Assembly: GCA_038143065.1 (NCBI GenBank)
Contig: JAYQLI010000035.1
Span: 320,001-384,000, forward strand
Source of the DNA: Rhodospirillales bacterium
GTDB lineage: Bacteria; Pseudomonadota; Alphaproteobacteria; Bin95
Length of the DNA stretch: 64,000 nt
Reading direction: 5' to 3'
Position 1 is the first letter of the stretch. Each line of letters opens with the position of its first letter. Positions 52,236 to 63,433 of this stretch are shown piece by piece. Position numbers and translations under genes: made by a program. The notes below the pieces were generated by a model, which worked only from the letters and a program-made list of their open reading frames with translations, had not been told where the DNA came from and did not search any database.

Positions 52236-52340
52236 GCCGCGCAAAAAGTGCGCGGATAGAAATTGCTTTCAGGGAACCCTGTTACCTCTTTTTGGAGCAC
52301 GTGACCCTGTGTTGGAGGTAACCAACTAACTCTGAAAGTG
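52236..52340. ncRNA. Unassigned structured RNA-like element upstream of the DJ-1/PfpI gene
   Basis: Nested inverted repeats GCTTTCAGGG/CTCTGAAAGT, GTTACCTC/GAGGTAAC and AGCAC/GTGTT, plus a separate hairpin CCGCGCA/TGCGCGG. Confidence 0.5.
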
Positions 52341-52509
52341 TTCAGATTGGCTAATTAAAAAACCAAAGTTAAAACCTAATATGACGCCGTCTACGATCTC
52401 TCCTACCGCTTAGGTAAGGACGAAAAATGACGTCTACGGACCTACTTAGAGCCTCGTCAGCTTCTGGACAAGAATATTCGCCTGCGTCTTGCCGACGCTA
52501 TTAACGAGA

Positions 52510-53717
52510 TTAGGATCCTTTAAGAGCGGCGATGCGTAATCTTAATGCGTTCAGCTTAATAAAGCCTTCAGCGTCTTTCTGATCGTAAACAGTATCTGCC
52601 TCAAATGTTGCGTAGTCCGCATCATAAAGGCTGTTAGGAGATTTACGTCCTACAACAGAAGCCAAACCTTTGAACAATTTTAACCTTACAACTCCGTTGA
52701 CCAACTTTTGGCTTTCATCAATCGCAGCCTGTAACATTTTACGTTCTGGTGAGAACCAAAAACCGTTGTAAACAAGCTCTGCATATCTGGGCATTAGTTC
52801 ATCTTTTTGGTGCATTGCACCACGGTCCAAGCATAATGTCTCAAGCCCACGGCGAGCAACAAAGAGCACAGTGCCGCCAGGGGTTTCGTACACACCTCTA
52901 GACTTCATACCAACAAATCGGTTTTCTACTATATCCAGTCTACCAATTCCGTGTTTTCCACCCAATTCGTTTAATCGGGTAAGCAAGTCACTGGGAGACA
53001 ATCGAATGCCATCGACTGCCACAGGGTCCCCAGACTTAAATTCAATTTCTACATATTGGGGAGTATTTGGTGCTTTTTCTGGGGCAACTGAGCGAGTGTA
53101 CATATCCTCATCTGCCTCAACCCATGGATCCTCTAGAGCCTTACCTTCGTAAGAAATATGAAGAAGGTTAGCATCAGTAGAGTAGGGAGCCTCACCGCGC
53201 TTGTCTTTTGCAATTGGGATCTGCCGGGCTTCTGCATATTCCAGAAGCTTGGTTCGGGAATTAAGGTCCCATTCTCTCCATGGAGCTATCACTTTTATGT
53301 CAGGCTTAAGGGCATAATAGCCAAGTTCAAAACGAATTTGATCGTTCCCTTTCCTGTGGCTCCGTGAGCAACAGCATCGGCACCGGTCTCTATAGCTATT
53401 TCGATTTGTCTCTTTGCAATGAGGGGTCGGGCGATAGACGTACCTAGTAAATAAGTTCCTTCATAAAGAGCGTTGGCTCTGAACATCGGAAAAACAAAGT
53501 CTCTAACGAATTCTTCTCTGAGATCATCAATAAAGATCTCATTAACGCCCATACTTTGGGCTTTTGCTCTTGCTGGCTCGAGTTCTTCACCTTGCCCAAG
53601 ATCTGCAGTAAACGTGACAACTTCAGCTTTGTATGTTTCACGCAACCAATGCAAGATTACAGAGGTGTCTAGACCTCCCGAATAGGCAAGGACTATCTTG
53701 CGGACTGGTTCAGACAT
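52510..53717 (-). CDS. argG: Argininosuccinate synthase (indel at ~53340)
   Basis: [60 protein letters not shown]. Confidence 0.97.
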
Positions 53718-53841
53718 TTGAAAAAAACCTCTGATCATTTTTTCTGATTTATCAAATGTCGAAATACACCTAAACGGCGCTAGGCCATAGCAGTCGACGA
53801 GAGACGCATTGTCTCAAGGTGGATTTATATCTCGAGAGTTC

Positions 53842-53870
53842 TTATTGCGATTGAGAATGATTTGCAATAA
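53842..53870 (+). promoter_or_regulatory. Fur-type iron box upstream of the ABC ATPase
   Basis: TTATTGCGATTGAGAATGATTTGCAATAA: inverted repeat TTATTGC/GCAATAA enclosing TGAGAATGATTTGCA. Confidence 0.7.
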
Positions 53871-53880
53871 CTTAATTCTT

Positions 53881-55046
53881 ATGAATTTCCTCACCCGCAA
53901 AAATCTTGATGTAAAAGTCGCTGATGCATTCAGTGGAGGCATTGCATCCAAGCTTGCGAAAAGGTCGGATGTTTGCGGGATTGATGCTGGGGAAAGCAAA
54001 TTTAGTGTATTAGAGGTTGCGTCTATCACGCATGGCTTCAGTGATGGCACAAAGGTGCTCCAGGACTTCTCTATCAAAATGGGTGCTGGGGAAATTATTT
54101 CTCTCTTAGGTCCATCTGGTTGCGGGAAAACAACGACATTACGTTTAATTGCAGGGTTGGAACCTCTTCAAGAGGGTACGATCAAGATTGGCGGCTTAAC
54201 AGCCAGTAGTGAAGACAGCCATACTCCGCCAGAAAATCGAAACGTCGGAATGATGTTTCAGGACTATGCTTTGTTTCCCCATTTGTCTGTGTTCGATAAC
54301 GTCATGTTCGGCCTTGGAAATCTTCCAAAGGATGAGAGGCGAGATCGTGCTACTAAGGCTTTAGCTGACGTAGGTTTATCTGAACATCGAGACCGTAAGC
54401 CCGCAACCCTAAGCGGTGGGCAACAACAGCGGGTGGCTCTTGCTAGAGCCATAGCGCCCAATCCACAGCTTCTGCTGCTTGATGAGCCATTTTCTGATCT
54501 AGATACTGTACTCCGTCGTAATGTGCGGACCGATACAATAAGAGTTTTGAAGTCTGCAGGAGTAGGGGCCCTTATGGTCACTCATGACCCTGAAGAAGCC
54601 TTGTATATGTCGGACAGAATTGCGGTTATGAAAGATGGCCGGATCGAACAAATTGGTCCACCAATGGACTTGTATAATAATCCAAGTTCTCTTTACGTCG
54701 CGCGTCTGTTTACGGAAATCAATGAGTTCACAGGAATTGTGAAGAATGGAATGGTTGAGACTCCCCTAGGTTTAGCTCCTGCGTCAGAACTGAAGGATGG
54801 TGAGTTGGCTACAGTAATGATAAGGCCAGAGCATGTATTGATAGGGATGAAGCTAAAGCTATTCCAGGCGCAGTAGATTCTAGTCTGGGCCTCTTAAAGT
54901 ATCTTGGTCGCGATGCCGTGATGCAGGCAAAATTAAATAATGGTGACGAAGTTCTAATACGAACAGATGTTAGAAATTTACCCATAGACACGTCATCAGT
55001 GCCCGTTGCGCTGGATGTTAAGAATTCGATTAGCTTTAAAAAGTAG
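53881..55046 (+). CDS. ABC transporter ATP-binding protein, Fe3+/polyamine (FbpC/PotA-like) family (indel at ~54845)
   Basis: GPSGCGKTT, FQDYALFPHL, LSGGQQQRVALARA, LLLDEPF, VTHD.EEA, IRPE. A shifted frame ends at TAG 55044-55046. Confidence 0.88.
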
Positions 55047-55189
55047 TGGAATCACTACCTGCGACGCCTCAGCGCGTTCTGCGAAAATCTCTCGTCATAT
55101 TGCATCGCTTATACTACTTTACTCGCAGACCATACAGTTTTCTCTCAACGGTTCCCGTTCAGCCTTGTGCGAGGTTAAGGAGAAGTCCC

Positions 55190-55420
55190 ATGGGTATTAG
55201 CGTTTGGCAAATTCTACTAATAGTCCTTGTTGGTATTCTGTTGTTTGGGGCTGGGAGATTGCCTCGCTTAATGGGAGACATGGCTAAAGGGATAAAAAGC
55301 TTTCGTGAGGGCATGAAAGAAGAAATTTCTGATGACTCGTCACAGATATCAAAGCTAGACAACCTAAAAGATACTGTTAGTCAGAATTTAGACAGTAAAA
55401 AAGACGTTACTGATAAGTAA
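55190..55420 (+). CDS. tatA: Twin-arginine translocase subunit TatA
   Basis: MGISVWQILLIVLVGILLFGAGRLP.LMGD.AKGIKSFREG; AAGGAG RBS. Confidence 0.95.
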   Translation: MGISVWQILLIVLVGILLFGAGRLPRLMGDMAKGIKSFREGMKEEISDDSSQISKLDNLKDTVSQNLDSKKDVTDK

Positions 55421-55459
55421 TAGTGCCAATGGAGCTGATTTTCTTGGTTGAACCTAGAC

Positions 55460-55855
55460 ATGTTTGACTTGGGATGGAGCGAGTTCCTGTTGGTTGGATT
55501 AGTCGCCCTTGTAGTTATTGGGCCACGTGAGCTACCGGCAGCCTTGAGGACACTAGGAAATATGGTAGCTCGTGTGCGGTTTTTGGTGGAGGAATTTCGC
55601 TCTGGTATCAATGACTTTGTCCAGCAATCAGAGGATGGGATGCCGTCAATAGATCCGAATAGTTTTACTCCGTTACCAGACGATAATTTAGAACAAAACA
55701 AGCTGTCTTCTAAAGATTTGAATAAGAGTGATGCAACGTCCGAGAGCATGGAAGGCTTGGTTAACCCTGAAAAGGTTTCCAACTCTGCTCCAAAGAAAAA
55801 TGATAATGCGTCATCCAGTTCAGTTAGTACCGCTGGAAAGGTGCTGTCAGAATGA
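55460..55855 (+). CDS. tatB: Twin-arginine translocase subunit TatB
   Basis: MFDLGWSEFLLVGLVALVVIGPRELP. Confidence 0.95.
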   Translation: MFDLGWSEFLLVGLVALVVIGPRELPAALRTLGNMVARVRFLVEEFRSGINDFVQQSEDGMPSIDPNSFTPLPDDNLEQNKLSSKDLNKSDATSESMEGLVNPEKVSNSAPKKNDNASSSSVSTAGKVLSE

Positions 55856-56635
55856 CTGGAGCTGAGGCTGATCTAAAGTCGTCCATTTTAGAGCACTTAA
55901 TAGAGTTACGCCGTCGGCTTCTCTGGTCAGTAGTAGCTTTACTTGTTTCGTTTGCTTTGTGTTGGAATTTTGCAGGTCAAATTTTTGAATTTCTAGCGCG
56001 ACCGTTAATCGAAGCGTTTGGCGATAAAGCAGACGCTAAGTTAATCTACACTAGCTTAACGGAAAAATTTTTCGTTGACGTAAAAGTTGATTCTATGCAG
56101 CTTTATTCATCACGTTTCCAATAATTGGAAATCATTTATGGAAATTCATAGCGCCCGGATTGTATAAAAATGAACAGGGTGCGTTATTGCCCTATCTTGT
56201 AATCTCGCCAGTTCTTTTTTTTCTTGGCGCCATGGTCGTATATTTTGGCATTATGCCGCTGGCATGGAAATTTTTCCTGAGTTATCAATCTATTGGTCAG
56301 CAAGGTGCCAACGAAAATTTTGTTGAAATCGTAGCGCTTCCAAAGGTTTCAGAATACCTGAGTTTGGTAATTAAATTAATTTTTGCCTTTGGGCTTTTTT
56401 TCAATTGCCAGTGGTTCTTTCACTGCTATCAAGGGCTGGTATTGTAACAGCGGATTGGTTAGCCAAAAGAAGAAGATATGCCATTGTATCATTATTTTTA
56501 TTGGCAGCTATTCTTACGCCTCCCGACATAGTCAGTCAGATAGGTCTCGCCGTCCCAGGTATATTGTTATACGAGATTTCTATCTTGTGTGCGCGCAGGA
56601 TTGAGCGCAGTCGGGATCAATCCCAGTCTTCTTAG
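55852..56635 (+). CDS. tatC: Twin-arginine translocase subunit TatC (split by indels)
   Basis: LEHLIELRRRL, FIAPGLYKNE, PKVSEYL, AFG..FQLPV, AAILTPPD, LYEISI. Confidence 0.93.
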
Positions 56636-56723
56636 GATACTCCTCCCGGAATACTCCCTAGACGACAGAGGTTATGGACGTTAGACAACACGAAATAACA
56701 GTTATTTTAAGGTTTAGAATTTC

Positions 56724-58001
56724 ATGTTGGACGTGCGCTGGGCAAGGGATAATCCCGAAGCATTAGATAAAGCGTTAGCAATGCGTGGTGCTGCCCCAAT
56801 TTCTTCAAGAGTCCTTGAATTAGATGCGTCACGTCGTCTTGCGCAAACAGAATTTCAAGAAGCCCAGAGTCAAAGACGGGAAGCTTCAAAACTCATTGGT
56901 CAGGCAAAAGCGCGAGGAGATGATGCAACAGAAGCTCTTGCTCTGGTTGCTAGTCTTAAAGAGACCGCTGATGGTGCTGAGGCAGAAGAAAAACGTATTG
57001 CAAAAGAACTAGATGATTTGCTTGCCGGACTTCCAAATTTACCGATGGACGATGTTCCTTTTGGTGTAGACGAAAGTCAGAATATTGAAATTCGTAAAGT
57101 AGGAGTTCCTCGAGAGTTTGATTTTAAACCGAGAGATCATGTGGCGTTAGGAAGTCCGTTGGGTATGGACTTTGAAGTGGGCACAAAACTTTCAGGTGCT
57201 CGCTTTGTCGCGATGCGAGGGGCAATGGCTCGCCTAGAAAGGGCTCTTGCTCATTTTATGTTAGACCTTCATGTAGCAGAGCATGGGTTCACGGAAGTCA
57301 GACCTCCATTATTGGTCCGTGACGAAGCAATGTTCGGCACTGGCCAATTACCCAAATTTGCTGAAGATCTGTTTCGAACCACCGATGGGCGGTGGTTAAT
57401 TCCAACTGCTGAGGTGCCACTTACCAACATGATCGCCGGAGAAATTCTTGACCCTGCACAATTACCGATACGTATGACGGCACATACGCCTTGTTTTCGT
57501 TCTGAAGCTGGTGCAGCTGGGAGAGATACTCGCGGAATGATCCGAATGCACCAATTTGATAAGGTGGAACTTGTCAGCATAGTAGAGCCCGGTGAAGGGG
57601 TATCAGAACTCGAACGGATGACAGCAGCAGCGGAAGCAGTTCTTAAACATCTGGATCTTCCATATCGTACAGTCCTTCTATGCACTGGTGACATGGGATT
57701 TGGTGCGCGTAAGACCTACGACCTTGAGGTTTGGTTACCATCGCAAGAAACATATAGAGAAATTTCTAGCTGCTCATTTTGTGGAGATTTTCAGGCGCGT
57801 AGGATGAATTCGCGAGTTCGGCGGATGGGAGAAAAAGGTACGTTATTTGTGGAGACCTTGAACGGTTCAGGTGTTGCTGTTGGGCGTGCGCTGGTAGCAA
57901 TCTTAGAAAACGGGCAGCAAGCAGATGGTTCGGTTATTCTCCCAAAAGTTCTGCATCCATATATGAATGGCCTTGAGCTTTTAACTCCAGGTGAGGACTG
58001 A
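56724..58001 (+). CDS. serS: Serine--tRNA ligase
   Basis: [45 protein letters not shown]. Confidence 0.97.
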   Translation: MLDVRWARDNPEALDKALAMRGAAPISSRVLELDASRRLAQTEFQEAQSQRREASKLIGQAKARGDDATEALALVASLKETADGAEAEEKRIAKELDDLLAGLPNLPMDDVPFGVDESQNIEIRKVGVPREFDFKPRDHVALGSPLGMDFEVGTKLSGARFVAMRGAMARLERALAHFMLDLHVAEHGFTEVRPPLLVRDEAMFGTGQLPKFAEDLFRTTDGRWLIPTAEVPLTNMIAGEILDPAQLPIRMTAHTPCFRSEAGAAGRDTRGMIRMHQFDKVELVSIVEPGEGVSELERMTAAAEAVLKHLDLPYRTVLLCTGDMGFGARKTYDLEVWLPSQETYREISSCSFCGDFQARRMNSRVRRMGEKGTLFVETLNGSGVAVGRALVAILENGQQADGSVILPKVLHPYMNGLELLTPGED

Positions 58002-58003
58002 AA

Positions 58004-58798
58004 GTGTCTAAGCCAGTTTCATGGCAAATCAATCTGCAGGGTTCTAAAGTCCTGCTACTTAATGATGATGGGATTAATGCCCCGGGTTTAAAGATTCTTA
58101 AGGATCTGCTGCAGCCGCATGTTGGAGAACTCTGGGTAGTTGCTCCTGAAAAGGAAGAGAGTGGCACTAGTCACGCAATTTCCCTACATCGCCCCTTGCG
58201 GATTAGGAAAATTGAAGAGCGCCGTTTTGCGGTAGATGGATTGCCTGCGGATGCAGCAATTTTGGCCTTAGGGCATATAATGAGAGACAGTCCTCCTGAT
58301 TTAGTTATTTCTGGTATTAACCGTGGGGCTAATCTTGGGGATGATGTTGGCTACTCAGGGACAGTCGGCGCAGCTATGGAAGCGGCTCTCTCTGGCCTGC
58401 CAGCTTTATCATTGAGCCTCTGTCGTACCCCACCTGCAAAGACACGATGGGATACAGTTGAAAAACATTTGGTGTCGACATTAACTTGGGTTTTATCAGA
58501 GGCGTGGCCCCTAGGAGCTGTGCTTAATATAAATTTTCCAGATAGGGTTCCAACGGAAATCAAAGGTAAGCGTTATACCCGATTAGGCCGTCGTAAACCT
58601 GGTGGCGAAATTGTCGAGCGTACAGACCCAGCTGGAAGGCCCTATTATTGGATAGGGTCTAAAAGGGTATTAGGTGAGGTTTTTAATGATACGGATATCG
58701 CGGCGACTGATCAGGGCTATATTTCCGTTACCCCTCTAACTTTTGATTTAACTGACAAAGAAGCTCTTTCAAAAGTCCAACCGGGCATGTTGCTATGA
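58004..58798 (+). CDS. surE: 5'/3'-nucleotidase SurE
   Basis: NDDGINAPG, VVAP...SG, VISGINRGANLG..YSGTV.AA.E, SVTPL. Confidence 0.95.
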   Translation: MSKPVSWQINLQGSKVLLLNDDGINAPGLKILKDLLQPHVGELWVVAPEKEESGTSHAISLHRPLRIRKIEERRFAVDGLPADAAILALGHIMRDSPPDLVISGINRGANLGDDVGYSGTVGAAMEAALSGLPALSLSLCRTPPAKTRWDTVEKHLVSTLTWVLSEAWPLGAVLNINFPDRVPTEIKGKRYTRLGRRKPGGEIVERTDPAGRPYYWIGSKRVLGEVFNDTDIAATDQGYISVTPLTFDLTDKEALSKVQPGMLL

Positions 58799-59451
58799 AC
58801 TTGGATGGCCGTCGTATCCGCATGGTCATGGAATTGCGCCGTCTTGGCGTTACAGATCCGCGGGTCCTTGGAGCTATGGAGCGTTGTCGAGAGAAAACTT
58901 TTTTATCTTCCGCATGGATAGATCAAGCATACGATGACCGGCCTCTGCCCATTGGGCATCAACAGACTATAAGCCAGCCCAGTATCGTCGGTCATATGCT
59001 TCAGGCTTTAGATTTACATCCTAATCACCGAGTTCTCGAAATTGGGGTTGGCTCGGGGTATCAAACAGCGCTTTTATCTAGCTTATGTAGAGCTGTGTAT
59101 GGAATTGAGAGAATTAAGGTTCTTCTCGATGATGCAGAGAAACGTTTGTCAAAGCTTGGGGTAAGAAATGCATTTCTCAGATGGGGTGATGGTGGTGTAG
59201 GTTGGCCAGAAGCGGCACCCTATGATCGAATTGTAGCAGCAGCGACTGCTGATGATGTGCCTGGCGCACTTGCTGATCAACTAAAGCCTGGTGGGATTAT
59301 TGTTCTTCCCATAAAAGAAGCGGGCGGGGAGCAAAATATTTGGCGGGTGTCGCGCCACGAAAATGGATTTAAAACAGAAAGTGTCTGCAGGGCGCCGTTT
59401 GTTCCATTCTTATCGGGTGTGGTTAATAGTGAATTCAGGGAAGGTGCCTAA
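58795..59451 (+). CDS. pcm: Protein-L-isoaspartate O-methyltransferase
   Basis: LPIGHQQTISQP, VLEIGVGSGYQ, GWPEAAPYDRI, QLKPGG. Confidence 0.95.
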   Translation: MNLDGRRIRMVMELRRLGVTDPRVLGAMERCREKTFLSSAWIDQAYDDRPLPIGHQQTISQPSIVGHMLQALDLHPNHRVLEIGVGSGYQTALLSSLCRAVYGIERIKVLLDDAEKRLSKLGVRNAFLRWGDGGVGWPEAAPYDRIVAAATADDVPGALADQLKPGGIIVLPIKEAGGEQNIWRVSRHENGFKTESVCRAPFVPFLSGVVNSEFREGA

Positions 59452-60478
59452 TGGAACGCACTCGGCTTATTATTGCATGTTCACTATCTCTCACCCTTGC
59501 GGCTTGTGGTTCGGTAGAGTTTCAGGCCGATCCAAACGAAAAAAGTCCAGTTCAAGATCGGCTTTTGTTTTCGAGTTGAGCCCTGGTGGAGAAATAATAA
59601 CAGTTCAAACTGGGGATACGGTTAGTGAGCTTGCGGAGAGATATGACGCTACCGCTCGTCAAATTATCATAATCAACAATATTCGCCCCCCATATCAAAT
59701 CCAGTCTGGCCAGAAACTTCGTCTGCCGGCATCACAAAGGTTATATAGAGTTCAAGAAGGTGACTCATTAAGCGGGATTGCGGCTAAGTTTAAGGTTAAT
59801 TCAGAAGAAATTGCTGTTATCAATTTCTTGCCTCCTCCATACAGGTTGAATGAAGGAGATTGGCTTGGGATACCACTGTCTAATAGCGAAAAATCATTAC
59901 AAAACAAAGATTTACTATCAGGACAAAAGAAGTCATCAAAAAATCTTAAACCAGATAACGTAATAGTTACGACTGAGGACCTTGAGCCTCTATCGCTAGG
60001 TCGGGAACCGCTGGTATCGAGCAAAAAGGCTATCGTCAGTAAACGAGAAAGAAAATTAGGGGCATCCGTTGAAAGGGCTGCAAAAGCTAGCGGATTAGAG
60101 AAAGAATTTCTTACGCCGTTGGACGGGCCTGTCATTTCAGACTTCGGTAGTCAGGCGGACGGGCGCCGTAATGACGGAATCAATATTTCCGCACCAAAAG
60201 GAGCTCCCGTGCGATCCGTTCAAGATGGTGAAGTAATTTATTCAGGAGATGCCTTGCAGGGTTATGGGAACCTTGTGCTCATTAAGCATCGGGATGGTTA
60301 CGTTTCTGCGTATGCTCATATGGATAGCATATTAGCAAAAAGAGGCGTAACGGTGTCAAAAGGGCAAACCATAGGAACAGTGGGTTCCTCGGGCGGGGTC
60401 CCAAGTCCTCAACTTCATTTTGAACTTCGAAAAAATAATGTTGCTATAGACCCTGCAGCGCTATTTCCTAAAAGGTGA
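59451..60478 (+). CDS. nlpD: LysM/M23 peptidase lipoprotein (NlpD-like; indel after the signal peptide)
   Basis: ATG 59451 frame gives MERTRLIIACSLSLTLAAC (lipobox). ORF 59363..60478 has two LysM repeats and M23 motifs NDGINI, YGNLVLIKH, YAH, QLHFELR. Confidence 0.85.
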
Positions 60479-60481
60479 TAT

Positions 60482-61403
60482 TTAGGCTGCTTGGGCCAGT
60501 GAAAGTGCGGTTTCACGAGGCATTTTCCGCACGTGGCTGGCTTCTATCGCTGAAGGTATTGATGCTGCGATATCGCTAGCAAGCATCAATTTTTCTAAGT
60601 TGATCCCTGTCTGCATTCCCATTCTGTGTAACAGATAGATTACATCTTCACTCGGAATATTGCCGGATGCTCCAGGCGCATAGGGACATCCCCAAGCCTG
60701 CAACAGAGGTGTCAAAGCTTCTAAGTCCCGCTTCTAAGCCAGCAAGAATATTTGCAATGCCAAATCCTGATGTGTCGTGCCCATGAAATACGAAGGTTGC
60801 TGAATCCCCAAAGTGTTCTAATGCCTGTTTAGTCAATGATTTTACAGCCTGAGGAGTTGCCATCCCGGTCGTATCCGCCAGTGCAAACTCTAATCCACTG
60901 CGGAAGGTTAACATTTTTTCTATATTAGAGAGTGTTGTTGCTTCTGGTGTCAGGCCCTCAAATGGACAATGAAAAGACGTGGCTAAGCCAATGCGAAGAT
61001 TGAGTTTTTCCTCTGGGTCTACTTCGGAGAGAAGATAATTTAGGTCATCAAGGGATTCCGACGTGGGTCGGCCAACATTACTTTTGTTGTGCCCGTCGGT
61101 CATTGAAATGACCATCTCTAAATCTTTAATGCCATGAGAAAACGCACGACGAGCGCCTTTGGAATTAGGCACTAATGCCATTTTTACGATGTTTGGCATG
61201 GGGTGAAGACCTTGCACCACAGCATCCATATCTTGCATTTGTGGGATTGCCTTTGGACTAACAAACGATCCAATTTCCATTCTCGTCACACCCGCGTCCG
61301 CTATTGCATGTATTAAGGCAATTTTAGTTTCAGTCGGAACAAAGTCCGGAATATTTTGAAGACCATCACGTGGACCAACTTCAACAATTTCGACTTTCTC
61401 CAT
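60482..61403 (-). CDS. Hydroxymethylglutaryl-CoA lyase family protein (DRE-TIM; indel at ~60700)
   Basis: EVGPRDGLQN, SFVSPKAIPQM, CPFEG, LADTTG, HGHDT, GCPYAPGASGN..SED. Confidence 0.9.
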
Positions 61404-61463
61404 GATGAAGGTCTCCTTTTATTGCCTTTATCGTTCTAGGGTATCATTAATACTACTGGAGAT

Positions 61464-62642
61464 ATGATACTACGGAATCCAATGACAAAAATCCAACCAA
61501 TACAGCCGTTAGCAGGGTTTCGGGTTATTGACCTGACACGTGTCCTTTCTGGTCCCTTCGCCACACAAATACTGGGAGATCTGGGGGCCGATATCATTAA
61601 AATTGAAAGCTCTGAGGGTGACACCGTGCGTACCCAAGGGGATAAGGTCGATGGGTTCAGTTGGTACTTTGCGGGTTTCAACCGAAATAAGCGTTCCGTT
61701 GTACTTAATCTGAAAGCGGAAGAAGACAAAAGGCATCTAGAGGATCTGATTAAATCGGCTGACGTATTGATAGAAAATTTTCGTCCGGGGGTCATGGATA
61801 GATTAGGCCTTGGACCGGAACGACTGTCAGAGTTGCGGCCAGGACTGGTGACTTGCTCCGTTACGGGTTTTGGATCCTATGGTCCATACTCAAAGCGGCC
61901 AGCTTTTGATTTTATTGCTCAAGCGATGAGTGGTTTTATGAGTAGTAATGGTCGTGAAAGCGATCCACCTATGCGCTCAGGCTTACCAATCTCTGATCTT
62001 GTCACCGGCATATATGCTGCTTTGGGCGTAACCGCAGCTCTACTGCGTAGAGAACGAAACGGGGATGGTGACCACGTTGATGTAAGTCTTACAAATTCAA
62101 TGATTTCGTTATTGGCTTACTTGGCATCAAATTATTTTGCTTCAGGTCGAATAACGCCTCGCAGTGGAAATGATCATCCAATTGCCGCTCCCTACGGCCT
62201 ATTCGAAACAGCAGATACACCAATTGCTGTTGCGCCTAACGACGATGTTTTCTTTGGCCGTCTCATGGATGCATTGGAACTATCTGATTTAAAAATTGAT
62301 CCAGAGTTTGCCAACAACCACCTTCGAGTCAAAAATCGGGATCGTCTGAATGCGTTTGTTCTTGGTCGCCTCACCACCAACACTGCTAGCTACTGGGTTG
62401 AAAAGTTAAATGATGCTGGGGTGCCATGCAGTCATGTTTATGACATTGATGGTGTGTTTCTAGATCCACAGGTTCAAAGCCAAGAAATGTCTATACCGCT
62501 TCAGCACCCAAAGTATGGGGAAATTAAGGTTCTCGGCTTCCCAATGAAATTTAAAAATGCTCCGTGCCAAATAAGATTTCATCCACCAGATTTAGGTGAA
62601 AATACAGCCGATATACTGAACGAAGTGGGAGGAACTTCGTAA
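61464..62642 (+). CDS. Family III (CaiB/BaiF) CoA transferase
   Basis: PLAGFRVIDLTRVLSGPF, NRNKRS, ADVLIENFRPG, RPAFDFIAQAMSG, PPDLGENT. Confidence 0.92.
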   Translation: MILRNPMTKIQPIQPLAGFRVIDLTRVLSGPFATQILGDLGADIIKIESSEGDTVRTQGDKVDGFSWYFAGFNRNKRSVVLNLKAEEDKRHLEDLIKSADVLIENFRPGVMDRLGLGPERLSELRPGLVTCSVTGFGSYGPYSKRPAFDFIAQAMSGFMSSNGRESDPPMRSGLPISDLVTGIYAALGVTAALLRRERNGDGDHVDVSLTNSMISLLAYLASNYFASGRITPRSGNDHPIAAPYGLFETADTPIAVAPNDDVFFGRLMDALELSDLKIDPEFANNHLRVKNRDRLNAFVLGRLTTNTASYWVEKLNDAGVPCSHVYDIDGVFLDPQVQSQEMSIPLQHPKYGEIKVLGFPMKFKNAPCQIRFHPPDLGENTADILNEVGGTS

Positions 62643-62644
62643 GT

Positions 62645-63391
62645 TTAAACGTGCTGGCCACCGTTTATATGAACCTCAGCTCCGTTAACGTATGAAGCTG
62701 GCCCGGTGCATAAAAAATATATTGTTGCCGCTACTTCTTCAGGCTTCCCTAGTCGTTTCATAGGTATTTCGCGATTGACGAGTTCTTCTGTACCGGGTGA
62801 AAGGATAGAGGTATCTATCTCACCTGGTGCGATAGCATTAACTCTCACACCGCGTTCTCCAAATTCTGCAGCCATTTCTCTGGTTAAGGCAGCTAGGGCA
62901 GCTTTTGAAGTTGCGTATGCGGCACCGGCAAAAGGGTGTACTCGTGTTCCTGCAATAGATGTTACGTTGACTATAACACCTTTTGCAGCGGTCAATTCTT
63001 CGATCAGACTTTGACCTAACATGGCAACTGAAAAAAAGTTTACTGCAAAGACCTGCCTCCAAGCCGTTAAATTTGTATCAAGAACACCCATTCGGCTGCT
63101 GTTAGATAACTTGGGAGAGATCGCTGCATTATTAACCATTGCATCTAATCTGCCGCTTGGAAGTCTTTCCTTTATGGCAGCAATTGCTAATGGCAGAGAA
63201 TCAAGGTCTGAAAGGTCTAGCTGAATGTGATTGTCTCGACCGCCATCCCATGGGCAGTCCTCGGAAAATGGTTGCCGAGACACGGTTAACACCCGCCAGC
63301 CCGCGGCGCCAAAACGCTTTACAGTGGCGTGGCCAATACCGCGACTGGCCCCCGTCAAAAGTATGGTGCGTAACGGCTCGTTTGAATTCAT
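62645..63391 (-). CDS. SDR family oxidoreductase
   Basis: TGASRGIG, VNNAAISPK, YATSK, RVNAIAPG, INGGQHV. Confidence 0.9.
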   Translation of the reverse strand: MNSNEPLRTILLTGASRGIGHATVKRFGAAGWRVLTVSRQPFSEDCPWDGGRDNHIQLDLSDLDSLPLAIAAIKERLPSGRLDAMVNNAAISPKLSNSSRMGVLDTNLTAWRQVFAVNFFSVAMLGQSLIEELTAAKGVIVNVTSIAGTRVHPFAGAAYATSKAALAALTREMAAEFGERGVRVNAIAPGEIDTSILSPGTEELVNREIPMKRLGKPEEVAATIYFLCTGPASYVNGAEVHINGGQHV

Positions 63392-63433
63392 AATTTTTGC
63401 CGTTTTCGGTTAGTACTTAAGTTATCGATACTC

